From: Macrostomum lignano
Taxonomy: Eukaryota
Direction of reading: 5' to 3'
DNA: 64,000 bases
Assembly: GCA_002269645.1 (NCBI GenBank)
Contig: NIVC01000905.1
Span: 248,001-312,000, forward strand
Every line of letters begins with the position of its first letter. Position 1 is the first letter of the stretch. Shown here in pieces: positions 41,151 to 53,263 of this stretch. The position numbers and the translations under genes are program-made. A model generated the notes under the pieces. It was not told where the DNA came from. It worked only from the letters and a program-made list of their open reading frames with translations, and did not search any database.

Positions 41151-42331
41151 CCCGAGAAATCGACTTCCACAAACAATATGAAAGCATAGCCAGAGACTGT
41201 GCCTCACTAAATCTATCATTCGATCTGTACATGTAGACGTCATTGTTAGAATCTATTATAAACAGATCTATCCTGTTCTCAGCACAGATCTCATCCATTC
41301 TACCTACGTGATTTTAAAAGCATGTATTCTGTCCACCTTGACCCTACTCGTACCTTACACCAAAACTTACTCCGTATATGTACAAATCACAGCCTATGAA
41401 AGTAAACACATCAATTCAAATCAGAGATTGAGTAATGTCTACTATCAATAGTTTTGTCCGTTGGTTGGTAATTAACAACTGAAAGTTGATGACAATAAAA
41501 GTTTGATTGTAGCAAGGATACACTCAAGAATCTTAACCAAATGCTGCTATCTTTAACGATACAACTGAATCATCTTGTAGAAAGTGCTTTACGATTCAAC
41601 AAAGCTTTAGCGTACTTCAACTACGAAATAGTATACTCGTACAGAGTTAGACGGCTAAATATACTAGATTGAAAGTAATTAAACGGATGTACGCTTGCAC
41701 ATAGTGTAAATCTGTCCATGTAGCTAACTAATGTACGAGCTAAGTTCCACTATGGCTTGTACGCAGCGAGGTAAATCTATGCTCGTACATATAGAATCCA
41801 ACGCCGGTGCTAAGTATAGATCAGGCGTTGAGGTCTTCCCAGTTTATTGTGGTCAGCTATAACCTTGTAATACTCGTACATGCAGCGTATCTCGTATAGT
41901 AACCAGGACTACGAGTACAATACATAGACTTGTGGGGATGATGATTTCTTTTGCATTTATTTTCAACTGGTTTCGGCACACAGATTACATTTTTTAATTT
42001 TTAATGAGGCCGCCAGGGTGCACACAACCCCCGCCTCTAATAAAAAAATAAAAAAACAAAAACACCAATTAATGAGTAGGTGAAAAAACAAGTTTGATAA
42101 TTTTCAAAAAGAGCACATAAAGGTGGTATTAAAGTCCTAGTGAACAATGACTTCAAAAAACTTGAATTTTTACGAGCCATTACTCAAGAAACTCAAATTT
42201 GCTCGCAGTCATATATATTCGGAATAAAGAATCGGCTTTAAAACATGATTGCCGCTATTGGACTGTTGATGGGTGAAGGTGTTGTCACTACTCGGGCCAA
42301 CTCAATTCATTGCAGTCTCTCAATGCAGTAT

Positions 42332-42975
<644 letters not shown>

Positions 42976-43611
42976 GCTTGACAATTGAAAATAAGCTCAC
43001 TAAATTCGATATTAAACTTGATGGGATCAACTTTGACCAACCAATTATTCATTAATATATAGAAGGGATTAGCAGTACCCCATTCTAAATGCATAGCAGA
43101 GTCATGATTTGATTCGGATATTTGGAAGTTATTGTTATTATTAACCCTGACGCTTTTCTGCTTCTGGAATCTATGAAAATGACATTAATCACGAGCTTAC
43201 TTGCCCCATGCATATTCTAACTCTTTTTTCAGGCATTACGCCATTAAGACCTTAACGTCATGTTATTTGGCACTAGAATGCCTCAGAAGTACCGCTTTGG
43301 TGGCATTCTACTGTTACTAGTGATTTGGGAGAATCCAGAAATTAGGTGGGTAGTTTCCACTGTCTACGAGCTAAAAATAGACCACACGCCAGCTGTTCCT
43401 GGACTAGTGAAAAGGATTTCGGTTCCTCATGTCTCGTGCATGTACAGCGATCGGGTGCTATTTTTGGTACTCACGAAACTGCCGAGTCAACAGTCAGTTT
43501 TGGTAATAAATAAATTTTTCGGTATTAGTGAGAAAAAATGCTGCATCTGAATGCTGATTGATTAGAGAATACACTTGTAGAGTTTTATGAGATTGAAAAT
43601 ACTGACTTGGA

Positions 43612-44270
43612 TCCTGACTCTCTGATCCTGACTCTCTCATCATGACTCTCTGATCATGACTCTCTGATCATGACTCTCTCATCCCGACTCTCTGATCATG
43701 ACTCTCCGATCCTGACTCTCTGATCATGACTCTCTGATCATGACTCTCTGATCATGACTCTCTGATCATGACTCTCTGATCATGACTCTCTGATCATGAC
43801 TCTCTGATCATGACTCTCTGATCATGACTCTCTGATCATGACTCTCTGATCATGACTCTCTGATCATGACTCTCTGATCCTGACTCTCTGATCATGACTC
43901 TCTGATCATGACTCTCTGATCATGACTCTCTCATCATGACTCTCTGATCATGACTCTCTGATCATGACTCTCTCATCCCGACTCTCTGATCCTGATTCTC
44001 CGATCCTGATCCCGACTCTCTGATCCTGACTCTCTGAACCTGACTCTCTGATCCTGACTCTCCGATCCTGACTCTCTGATCCTGACTCTCTGATCCTGAC
44101 TCTCCGATCCTGACTCTCTGATCCTGACTCTCTGATCCTGACTCTCTGATCCTGACTCTCTGATCCTGACTCTCTGATCCTGACTCTCTGATCATGACAC
44201 TCTCATCCTGACTCTCCGATCCTGATCCCGACTCTCTCTCATCCTAAATCTTTTTGATCTTGACTCTGAT
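43612..44270. repeat. 14-bp minisatellite (TGATC(A/C)TGACTCTC)n
   Basis: Direct observation. Confidence 0.94.
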
Positions 44271-45004
44271 CTTGACACATTTGTGTTTCAAACAAGATTT
44301 CTGCCTATTGCTTACTGTTTATGGACAAAAGGAGTTTACGAGCGTAGAGTTGTTAGCTTATTCATTGTTATTTCAAATATATTGTAGATAATATGGTCAT
44401 AAAAAGAGAAAATTTCCAGCTACATGATATATATGGATACCGCAACTCAAGGACTCGATAGGAGGACTTTGATTACTTTTTCAAAAAAATGTAAAAAGAA
44501 AATGTTTTTTATCAAACAAGGCACTTGTACTCTGCCAGTGACGTGTAAGTCAAGTCAAATTCAAGAAATTTTGGGCCAAATTCAAGTCAAGGTTTGGGTT
44601 TACTGGTGCACTGGGCCGCTGTGCACTCCTGTGTGTGTGTTTGCCTGTACGTATGACTGCGTACGTATCCGCGCGCTTGTGTGCCTGCTCAGGGGAGTCA
44701 GCGGAATGAGCAGTAATGCCTCTCACCGGTTGTGTGACAATGTCACTTACAGTGCGTGTACACATAAGATAGAAAGTGTATAAGCTAAGAACAGGAAACT
44801 TCCATGTGGCCAAAAATAGCACATGCGTGGGTTCTAATTTTGTTAGCCTACCTTTTTTTCCAGTTTTGAGCGTTTGCTATTAAAAATATTTGTTCTGAAT
44901 AAAATAAAATGTAGATATTGTTTTGGAATTGATTGTTTATATAAAAGTATAAATATGTCAGCAGTCAGCTTTTGCTGACATTGAGAATGACCCGAAGATC
45001 ACAG

Positions 45005-45608
45005 CTAGATAAAATCGATGTTAAAATCAGCTGCGTCATCCGCTCCACGGCTGCTCGCTAGATTTGGCTCTTCGATTGGAACTCCAGGATCTATGGTAGC
45101 ATCGCCAGCAATGGCCGACAGCATTGTACATTCAACATCGTCTGTAGCGGGTTTGCAGCCTCTGAAATGAGTAACTGTGTGCATGTAGGGAAAAGAGCTT
45201 CGGGCTGGCGATTCTGCGCAGATAAACAATGCGACTTACGTGCCGCTCGGGTGTACGCAGCATCCGTCACGGCAGCCTTTGCAGTTGTCTCTTCTAAAAT
45301 TGTCAAAACGTTAAAGAACTGCTTTACAGAGGCATAACAGGGTCAATGGAACACGAAAGGATCCAGGTCCTTGACCAAAGACAACTTGTCGGAGCGAAGC
45401 CTTAAATGTGTACAAGTTTAGTCTCAAAAGTCTATGGGAATTCTTTTGAGTGTCTTCTTAAATTCCTCTTTGAGGAGACAAACAAACATTGAGGCTTCCT
45501 TGCCGCGCACCTAAAAAGCCAATTAACAGTTCTGAATAAAATTACTTACATACGCTTGCAGTCGACACAATCTTTCTCCTGACAGCATTGTGCAGAAACT
45601 GGGCCCAT
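45005..45608 (-). CDS. CCH-14: 89-aa family member with acidic tail, 3 exons
   Basis: Exons 45608-45550, 45293-45240, 45161-45005; phase-2 introns; MGPVSAQCCQEKDCVDCKRIRDNCKGCRDGCCVHPSGTGCKPATDDVECTMLSAIAGDATIDPGVPIEEPNLASSRGADDAADFNIDFI*. Confidence 0.72.
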
Positions 45609-46154
45609 GGTGTTGAAGAATTATTTGTGGTTTGTCAGAAGCCCTTGCCCGCTGTAGAGAAATCAAATCACCAACACTTTGGTCGAATAGCATAGCAAAG
45701 CTGGGTCCAGGATTCTTTAAATGAAGTCAATATTGGTGAAAACACGGCAGTACATGCAGGTTGTACCGCATCCATCGGTCTTACACAAAATGCATGTTAG
45801 AAGACTTTTTGATATTGAAAAAGTAACACTGTCAGTCTTTGTCTGAACCATCTGAAGCATCCAACCCATTACAGTGTGGCGGCAGTCTTGTAGATTTTTC
45901 GACAAAAAAAGCATTTTGCGGTGTCAGCTTGTAAATTGTAGATAATACTCAGCGTGTGTAAGAAATTACAAAACAATGGATAGCAAAGTCAATAACAAAT
46001 TCCGTTGCTTCCAAAATTCTGCTGAAGGTATTCTGAATAAAAAATGGTACATATTAATGATTAATACAAAATGTTTATAATCGTAGTTGCTATAATAATT
46101 GATTACATTGCGCAGCTAATTGCGTACGTCTGTTCAATCCATGATTCAGTCATT

Positions 46155-46325
46155 GACTGGTGGGGGTCGCCACACACACCCTCAATTACCCAAGCTAATG
46201 CTGGGTGAACTGAAGCAATGCATAGTTGAGTACCTTGCTCAAGGACACAAATTGTTCCAGGTGGGTTCGGGAATCGAACTTTCGACCTTCAAGTCCCGAG
46301 TCCAACCACTAGGCTGCAACCCTAT
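46155..46325 (-). mobile_element. tRNA-derived SINE copy, internally deleted
   Basis: Homologous to the other three copies. Confidence 0.75.
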
Positions 46326-46488
46326 TACTTGTATTGTTATTATTATGATACAAAAATATTTCAAACTGCTTTTGCTCACTGTTGATATTAAAAATGTAGA
46401 TTTTAGAGTACCGTGTAGAGTTTAGGCACAGTTTACGATAATGAACTTTTTAGTACTGTTTAAATCAGTCGGCTTTACATTGGCCTAG

Positions 46489-46777
46489 TTAAATAAACTT
46501 AATTAGGCAGGCAATTCCAGCCACCACAGCTCCACCGACTATCACTGGCGTGGCAGCAACAGCCACTGCACCAGCGGCAGCACAAGCGGCAGCTCCACCG
46601 CCACCAGCAGCAACAATGCTTGTTGCTACACTCTTAGCGCGACAACCTCTAAAAGAAACAAAATGTAGAGAGGAAAATTGCGTAAAAATTGCAACTGCTT
46701 ACGTAGTCAAGCGTGTTTAATAGTACATAAAGACACACCTGCCGCTTGGATGAGCGCAGCATCCGCCTGACGGACTC
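46489..46777 (-). CDS. CCH-15: exons 2-3 of a CCH-14 paralog with Gly/Ala-rich hydrophobic tail (exon 1 not found)
   Basis: Exons 46777-46739 (SPSGGCCAHPSG) and 46648-46489 (GCRAKSVATSIVAAGGGGAAACAAAGAVAVAATPVIVGGAVVAGIACLIKFI*), both phase 2. Confidence 0.6.
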
Positions 46778-47000
46778 CTAAAACAGCGGAAAATTTCAAA
46801 TTAATGGATTAAGAAAATTAAGCGACTCTTTTTATTGGGATCTTTTTTTAATTATCAATCGTTTTTTCATATATTTTGCCCTACTCCGTCTCGAAACTCA
46901 AGTGCAAGTGCTTTTTAATCGCATCATTTTTGACGGGCCATCATGATTTATGAGCTAACTTACAAGCTTCTGACTCTACTCTTAAATGACTCTTACTCTT

Positions 47001-47109
47001 AGATGACAATAGATGACCATAGATGACCATAGATGACCATAGATGACCATAGATGACCATAGATGACCATAGATGACCATAGATGACCATAGATGACCAT
47101 AGATGACCA
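47001..47109. repeat. 10-bp tandem repeat (AGATGACCAT)n
   Basis: Direct observation. Confidence 0.95.
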
Positions 47110-48884
47110 TATATAACCAGATAGACACTCACAAGGCTACTGGACAGGGAATCTTTCATCCAGCTCTCCATCAGCTCTTCCCCTAACGCATCAGCTCGAT
47201 CTTATCATCAGCATCAACATCAGGATCGAAGTTAAAATTCAGTCATACTTAGATGATCTGATTGATGGCTGGCTTGATGGGCATGAGTCTATGAGCCCAT
47301 AGACTAAAGTTTTTGTCGATTTTCAAGCTTGAATTTTCTAACTATGATCAGTTAAAAGCTCATAGGATTAACATGAGCAGAAAATGCTACATAAACTACC
47401 TGTGAGGATACTGACTATCACTGACTATCTGGTAGTTGTGGGAGTCCAGAGCTCTCAAAAATTGATTTCTGAGCTCTCAGGCACGTTAGTCGAAGGCTGA
47501 GAGGCTACGTAGAGGCTCGTAGTTAGATCAACCAGAAGTATCAAAATAATGGCAGCATTATCAATTTACTTCACTTACATTTGAAAGCAGTTCCAACAAA
47601 AAGGTTTATGACAACACTGATTCATGGTGGTTGACTCTGCATGAATTTCAATAGAATACAGGACAATGCAGTGTTGAAAAAGGCCTTAGATCTACTCGTA
47701 AATAGTTGATAGCTCCCTTAATGCATATTCATGACAGGTAGTACCTCATCAATCTTATAGACGAGCTCAGTAAGCGAAGGGCTATGCTTGAGTTCGAATT
47801 TGGTTACTCTTCAGCGGAGTAGATGTACGAAGTACATCAAAACTGCTTTCCATCAACGAGATAATTGCATGCATGACGCCAGTGACTCAAATAAACAGAA
47901 TTTGTTTGCTAAAGTTTGTTAATAAGATACATTAGCTGCATAAAACATAATTTAGGACTTGCATGGTAGCTAAAAATATTTGACGAAAAGAATGATTTGA
48001 GAATAGAAAACTCAGTGAAAAAAACAAGGTACAACACACAAGAAAAAGAGACCAAAATCCAAGAGAGGGCGAGAGAACTGAAGTAGAATCTTGTACAAGC
48101 TAAGTCGAATTTAGGAATTCAGCGAAAGCCATCTTAAATTGAGTTGGATTGAATTGAGTAATACATTCAGATTGATAATTTTGAATAAGTAGTTCACTAA
48201 AGATGTTGCAATTGAGAACAGTAATAGGTGTTGTTCTGTAGAAGTCTGTGGGACGTCTTTGATGATCAACAGCATGAGGATACCAGCAAACATGTTATTG
48301 ACCTTTTTGACTTCCTGGCAACCCGCCAAGCGGCAGTTCCTATTACAGTCCCTATATGCAGACACGGCCTTATTAATAGACTTTGCAACAACCCACCGTG
48401 AAGGCGTAAAAATGTTTTACAGAGCTGGAATAATTCGTATGACATTTACGCGCGAAGATCTGCAAATGCACTTTTATTGTTTTTTCCGGGAATGTACGCT
48501 TCCTGGTGAATTGGACGTGTACGCCAAAGTCTTGAAATTGAAATTCTCTGCTACGAGCGTATAAAGGGGCAATCCTGAATAATCATCAGGTGGTATAAAA
48601 AAAACTCCAGTTTTTGTAAATTTGGCGAAAAATCGAACGGCAACCGACAAATCTCAGACTCGGACTGATTTTTATCTATAAAGTTGAGTTTAAGCTTAGT
48701 TTATTAATAATGTAATTTAGTCCAAACCCCTTGCATGCTTGTATTTAAAACCTTGCGCGTTGTGTAGCCAGGAAAAGTCGATGAATAACTGAATAAACAT
48801 GTCTAAAAAATGTTTTGTGATGAAATCACCGATCAACTCAATTGGGATCCATTTAGCATAGTTATGACTCTCGTGCAGCACCCT

Positions 48885-49183
48885 CTAGTGACCAGCGTGC
48901 TTGTGACAGCAAAATCCGACAAAACCTTTAGCCTCGGCTTGAGCTTTCGCTGCTCTAAAAAAGCATTATCAAAGTTTAAACAAAGTTAAAACCGTATTGA
49001 ATAATGAGCCAAGAATAATAAAGACAGGTATGGAAAAATTGGAAATCAAAATCAGGTTAAATCAGATAGTAAAACAGACAAACAAAGTCTTAAATGCACA
49101 GTTCACATTTGGCTGGATCTTTACAACACTTGTCTTTGTCCTCCTCCTGACTCTTAGTCTTAATTGCTACCACCGTTGTCCAT
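48885..49183 (-). pseudogene. CCH-16: pseudogene paralog of CCH-13
   Basis: Last exon 48954-48885 intact (AAKAQAEAKGFVGFCCHKHAGH*); exon 1 MDNGGSN* is out of frame with DKCCKDPAKCELC and the donor reads TTAAGA instead of GTAAGA. Confidence 0.65.
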
Positions 49184-50281
49184 GCCGCCTGCTTTTCAGT
49201 GACCTCTTGTAAGTGAGAGTTCTCTCCAATGTATCCAATGTAAAGGTAAATTCCAATGTATCGTTACGGAAAATTGGGGGAAAATGAAGGGAAAAGCATC
49301 CCATTGTTATCTATCCTCGGAACCGTTAAGTATAGCTAAGGATTGTACTAGTAGTACCTTATAGAAACGTCATTATAAAAATTAGCATGTAGAGGTTATT
49401 GCAGATAATTTTTTCTCTTGATCAAGCTCCCTGACATCATACGCATAGTTACGAGTATTATGGCAAAACTTAATTGCTGGAAAGATATTTCTTAACTTAA
49501 TAGGACAGACAAGCGTAAAACCAATAGTCACATTGTTGATTGCTGATTTACAGCACATATTTCGTAAGGTCTATAAAATCATTATAAAGTATTAGAGTAT
49601 ATTTGGAAGATTTACAACCTTCTCGACTCCGCAAAAAGCAGTTTAGTGCAAATTACTGCGGGGGAATCCAAACCAGTAGGTACTTCCGGCTCCATATTTA
49701 AATATAGCCCACACGCGAGCGCTAAATTCGTACTGTCACGTACGTACTTGCATCGCCCTTGTATTGTACTACAAACTGTTAACAACTCTTCGCAATGATA
49801 AGAGGTTTTCCAACCTTTCGCTCCTAGCCACTGTAGCTGCTAATTTCAATTTTTATCGCTTTTTACGAGCGTATATATTTATACACTACTTTAGAAATTC
49901 AAATAGTAGTATCTGCATAAAGTAACTGCGATTTATGAGAATAAGTCAAGAAACTAGACAAGAGTTACTTTTCTTATATAGAGCCACGAGTCATCTGTCT
50001 TCGGTCCTGCACTGTTTCGCACCTTTTGCGGTTGCAGCCCCTGCTGTACCCGAATAGAACGGGTTCCGCACTATCGCGGCACAATTGTGTCCATTTACTC
50101 TGCCGCGTACGTGGCTTGCCAATGTACGTGGTGCGGGGTAATGGGGTTTAAACAACAGAACTTACACAGAATGCTCAGTCCATAGATCTTATATTCCCTA
50201 GATAGGCCACTTTGTATGGCGGTAATAGGGAAAGTGCGACCGCTGTTTTTCGTCACTTGTGCGAAAAAGCCGACAAGGGTT

Positions 50282-51096
50282 TGTGACGTTGTCAGTTTAA
50301 GGTGGTCCCGAAAAGGGCCGTTGGACTGCTGTTCTCCATAGTCATTCAACCCTTCAGTTTCACCGTTTCAACTAAACTTTTCCATTCGTTTATTGCGACG
50401 TTTACTTGTAGTAGTGCCCAACGATTTTGTGGCAATTTCTAATTCACTGTATATTTTGCTATCCTCTCTCGCGACCGTATAAAATTGGCACGATCGATAA
50501 TTTTAAGTTCTCTCGCCAGCCAATGAAATCACTCGTGCTCGCGCTACCCCCCTCTGCGCTCTTTTATTAAACCCCCCCCGCCTGGCGGCGGGCACCCCTC
50601 ACGCCTTTTCGTCTCTCCTGTCCCGTTTCTTCTCTCCTTCCCTGGCTGTCTCATCTGTTTGTCTGGCTGCCTAGAGCCTCCCTATTTCTCGCCACGGCCC
50701 CTCTGTCTGGGCCAGCCTGCTCACACACTTACTTGACTGTTTCACGCCACGACCGACGCCAAACTCGCCACTACGTTTCACTGCCTTCACTGTACTCATA
50801 GCCACTGCTCACGTCACGTCGCCATTACATCACTCGTCTGTCGCTTGAACACTCACCCAATTTATTTTCAAAGAAACCATTGTTGCAGCCGCCAGTGCCC
50901 AGAAAGCTATAGTCTGTTTATTACCAGTAACAACCAAACTTAATACTGATATTAACAATAAAAACGACTACGGCAGTTTCCTGCCCTTATTGCCAAGTGC
51001 TCCGCTACACCATCCACTTCGCCTGAGTTGACTCCAACTTATTTTGGGACTAAAACGGCCCTTTTAAGGGTCACGGCCAACATCAATAACGTGACA
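50282..51096 (+). repeat. 5' LTR (815 bp)
   Basis: Direct repeat of 61240-62055. Confidence 0.97.
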
Positions 51097-51102
51097 TAAT
51101 TT

Positions 51103-51119
51103 TGGAGGTCCCACCGAGA
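51103..51119 (+). promoter_or_regulatory. Primer-binding site complementary to tRNA-Gln 3' end
   Basis: TGGAGGTCCCACCGAGA is the reverse complement of ...TCTCGGTGGGACCT-CCA (metazoan tRNA-Gln); 6-nt spacer from the LTR. Confidence 0.85.
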
Positions 51120-51470
51120 CTCCTACTCAGCACTGCCGGCTCGCAACTAAGTCAGCACCACCGAGATTCCTACTCAGCACTGCCGGCTCGCAACTAAGTC
51201 AGCACCACCGAGACTCCTACTCAGCACTGCCAGCTCGTAATCAGCGCCATCAAGACTTCTGCTCAGCCCTGCCAGCTCGCAACCAAGCGTCAGCAAGATT
51301 CTGCTCAGCTCTGCCGGCTCGTGACTGAGTGCCGGCCTGCCACGTTTCTGCCTGACGGTCCGCAAGGCTGCGAGAGCCTGTGCCACGCCTGAGGTTCGGT
51401 CCGCAAGGCTACGAGAGCCTGTGCCACGCCTGAGGTTCGGTCCGCAAGGCTGCGAGAGCCTGTGCCACGT
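51111..51470 (+). repeat. 5' leader tandem repeats: 47-bp x ~3 and 41-bp x ~3
   Basis: 47-bp units start at 51111, 51158, 51205; 41-bp GTCCGCAAGGCT.. units at ~51357-51470. Confidence 0.9.
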
Positions 51471-51859
51471 CAGGCCCAGGGGTCCTGACTGCTCGGCCGG
51501 TCTTCGCTCGTCGCCGCGAGTCGTCGCTGGTCGTCGCCCTGAGCAACGCGCGCTGTCAACTGCGATGAGCTCGAGCTTACGCTCTGCCAAGATAGCTCCG
51601 CTGCGTGTGCCAAGCCACGCCAGGTTACGCTGTGCGCTGATTGTTTGTAGGGACTATTGCCTGACAGTTAGTCTGGGTGGTTTGCGTGATAGGACTCTCC
51701 CCTATTATAGGCTTTTTGCGGTTTGCCCCTGTCAGGCACGTATTTTGTTAGTAGGACGCAATCTCTCTCGTCTCTCTCGCGTCATCAACCTCAATTCGTT
51801 TTCTCTGGAGCCTTATTTTCGTTCACGCTTGATTCATTTGTCTCACTCAACCTTACACA

Positions 51860-53263
51860 ATGTCCGACAACGGGGACAACCATGCCGCAGCGTCATTGGC
51901 TGACGGAGATGCCGTCGTGCCAGATCAGGACGCAGTCGATGCCGGCGAGCAGCCAGCAGGCGCAGCTGCTGCCGCCGCGCCAGCTCCTAGTGAGCAACTC
52001 TTGTTGACTCAAACCTTAGCCTCTCTTCACCGGATGCTCGAAGAGCGTCTCGCTGTTTCCTCGCCATTAGCGCCAAATTCCTCGCCGCCTGCGAAGCCAG
52101 ACATACGCCTTCGCCCTCCAATCGCTTATCAGCCGAAGATGAACTTTGATACGTGGGAAGCTCAGCTTACTTCGTATCTAGCCACTTGCCGCGTTCCTGA
52201 GGACCAGAAGTCCGCCATTCTCGTATCTTTGCTGTCAGCCGAATGCCAAGAGGTATATCTTAATTACCGGTGTGACCAGTTGCCTTTCGAATCTGCGCTT
52301 CGGCTGCTCAGGGAAAGGTACACCGATGCCAAGAAGAAGGACAAGGCCTACGTAGAATTAGTTGCTGCCGCCCAATCTCATAATGAGCAGATGTCTGATT
52401 TCTTCGACAGACTGGTCTCCTATTCTAGACTAGCGGGTCTCTCGCTCGCTGAAGCGAAGCCCCTACTCAAGGCCAGATTCTGCCATGGGCTGAGGGATAA
52501 GGACCTCGCCGAAAAGCTCCTCTTATGGGATCAGGAAACCGACAGTGCCACCTCTGCAGAAGAGCTGATGCAGAAGGCCAAAGATCTTGTCGGGGTCCGC
52601 CAGCTTCTGAACGTGCCTTCTACTATAGCCAAGGTTCGTGCCATAGAACCTGACGCTGAGAAGAAAGCGTTAGAACAGAGGGTCGCTGAGCTTGAGAAGA
52701 TGGTGACCGACCAAGCCAATAGATTAAGCCAGACCACTCCGCCTGTCACTACCAATCAGGGGCCCGCTCGCACAGAGCCCACTGGGGGCCCACCACAAGT
52801 TAGCCAAACCTATAGACCACCTAGGCCAGCTCCTCGCCCTCCGCGGGCTTGCCATCGATGCGGCCAGACCGATCACCTGATCGCTGACTGTCCATCGCCC
52901 TCGCCGAGGCCACAGTCGCCAAAGCAGCCCCGGGGGAGCCAAAATCAGCAGCCCAGCCGTGGAAAAGTCACGACTGAACTAGGAACCATTGCCACATGGT
53001 CTCAGAATTACGGGTTCATCCAATCTGAGCACCTGCCAGAGAAATTGTTCGTTCACATTAGCCAACTGTCTCCCAGCCTGCGTAGCCTAGTCGAGCAGCA
53101 CCGCCTTAGGGGGACTAGGGTGAAATTCCAGCGCCAGGTCGACCCCGGGCGCCAGCACGACAAGGCCTGTAATGTGCAACCTCAGCCAGGGGACAGTGAT
53201 CCACAATGCCGACAAGGGGGTACACAGCTGACACCTTTGAGTCTAGCTATTTCGTGCAGCTAG
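51860..53263 (+). CDS. gag: Gag (capsid-like region, CCHC knuckle, C-terminal cold-shock domain), 467 aa
   Basis: Retrotransposon-gag-like WEAQL..YL and Q..NE.MSDF..RL...RFCHGL; CHRCGQTDHLIADC at 52850-52891; CSD-like segment at 52976-53179. Confidence 0.92.
   Translation: MSDNGDNHAAASLADGDAVVPDQDAVDAGEQPAGAAAAAAPAPSEQLLLTQTLASLHRMLEERLAVSSPLAPNSSPPAKPDIRLRPPIAYQPKMNFDTWEAQLTSYLATCRVPEDQKSAILVSLLSAECQEVYLNYRCDQLPFESALRLLRERYTDAKKKDKAYVELVAAAQSHNEQMSDFFDRLVSYSRLAGLSLAEAKPLLKARFCHGLRDKDLAEKLLLWDQETDSATSAEELMQKAKDLVGVRQLLNVPSTIAKVRAIEPDAEKKALEQRVAELEKMVTDQANRLSQTTPPVTTNQGPARTEPTGGPPQVSQTYRPPRPAPRPPRACHRCGQTDHLIADCPSPSPRPQSPKQPRGSQNQQPSRGKVTTELGTIATWSQNYGFIQSEHLPEKLFVHISQLSPSLRSLVEQHRLRGTRVKFQRQVDPGRQHDKACNVQPQPGDSDPQCRQGGTQLTPLSLAISCS

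Noticed and set aside
45717-45914. Minus ORF with CILCKTDGCGTTCMYC ending NIDFI, like CCH-14
   Set aside because: No convincing start or phase-2 splice sites; may be a decayed family fragment but not modelled
48111-48564. Opposing 84-aa and 101-aa ORFs
   Set aside because: No domain, no clear splice model, no paralog in the window
51174-51903. 138-160-aa ORFs in the Gypsy leader
   Set aside because: Arise from GC-rich tandem repeats; no motifs
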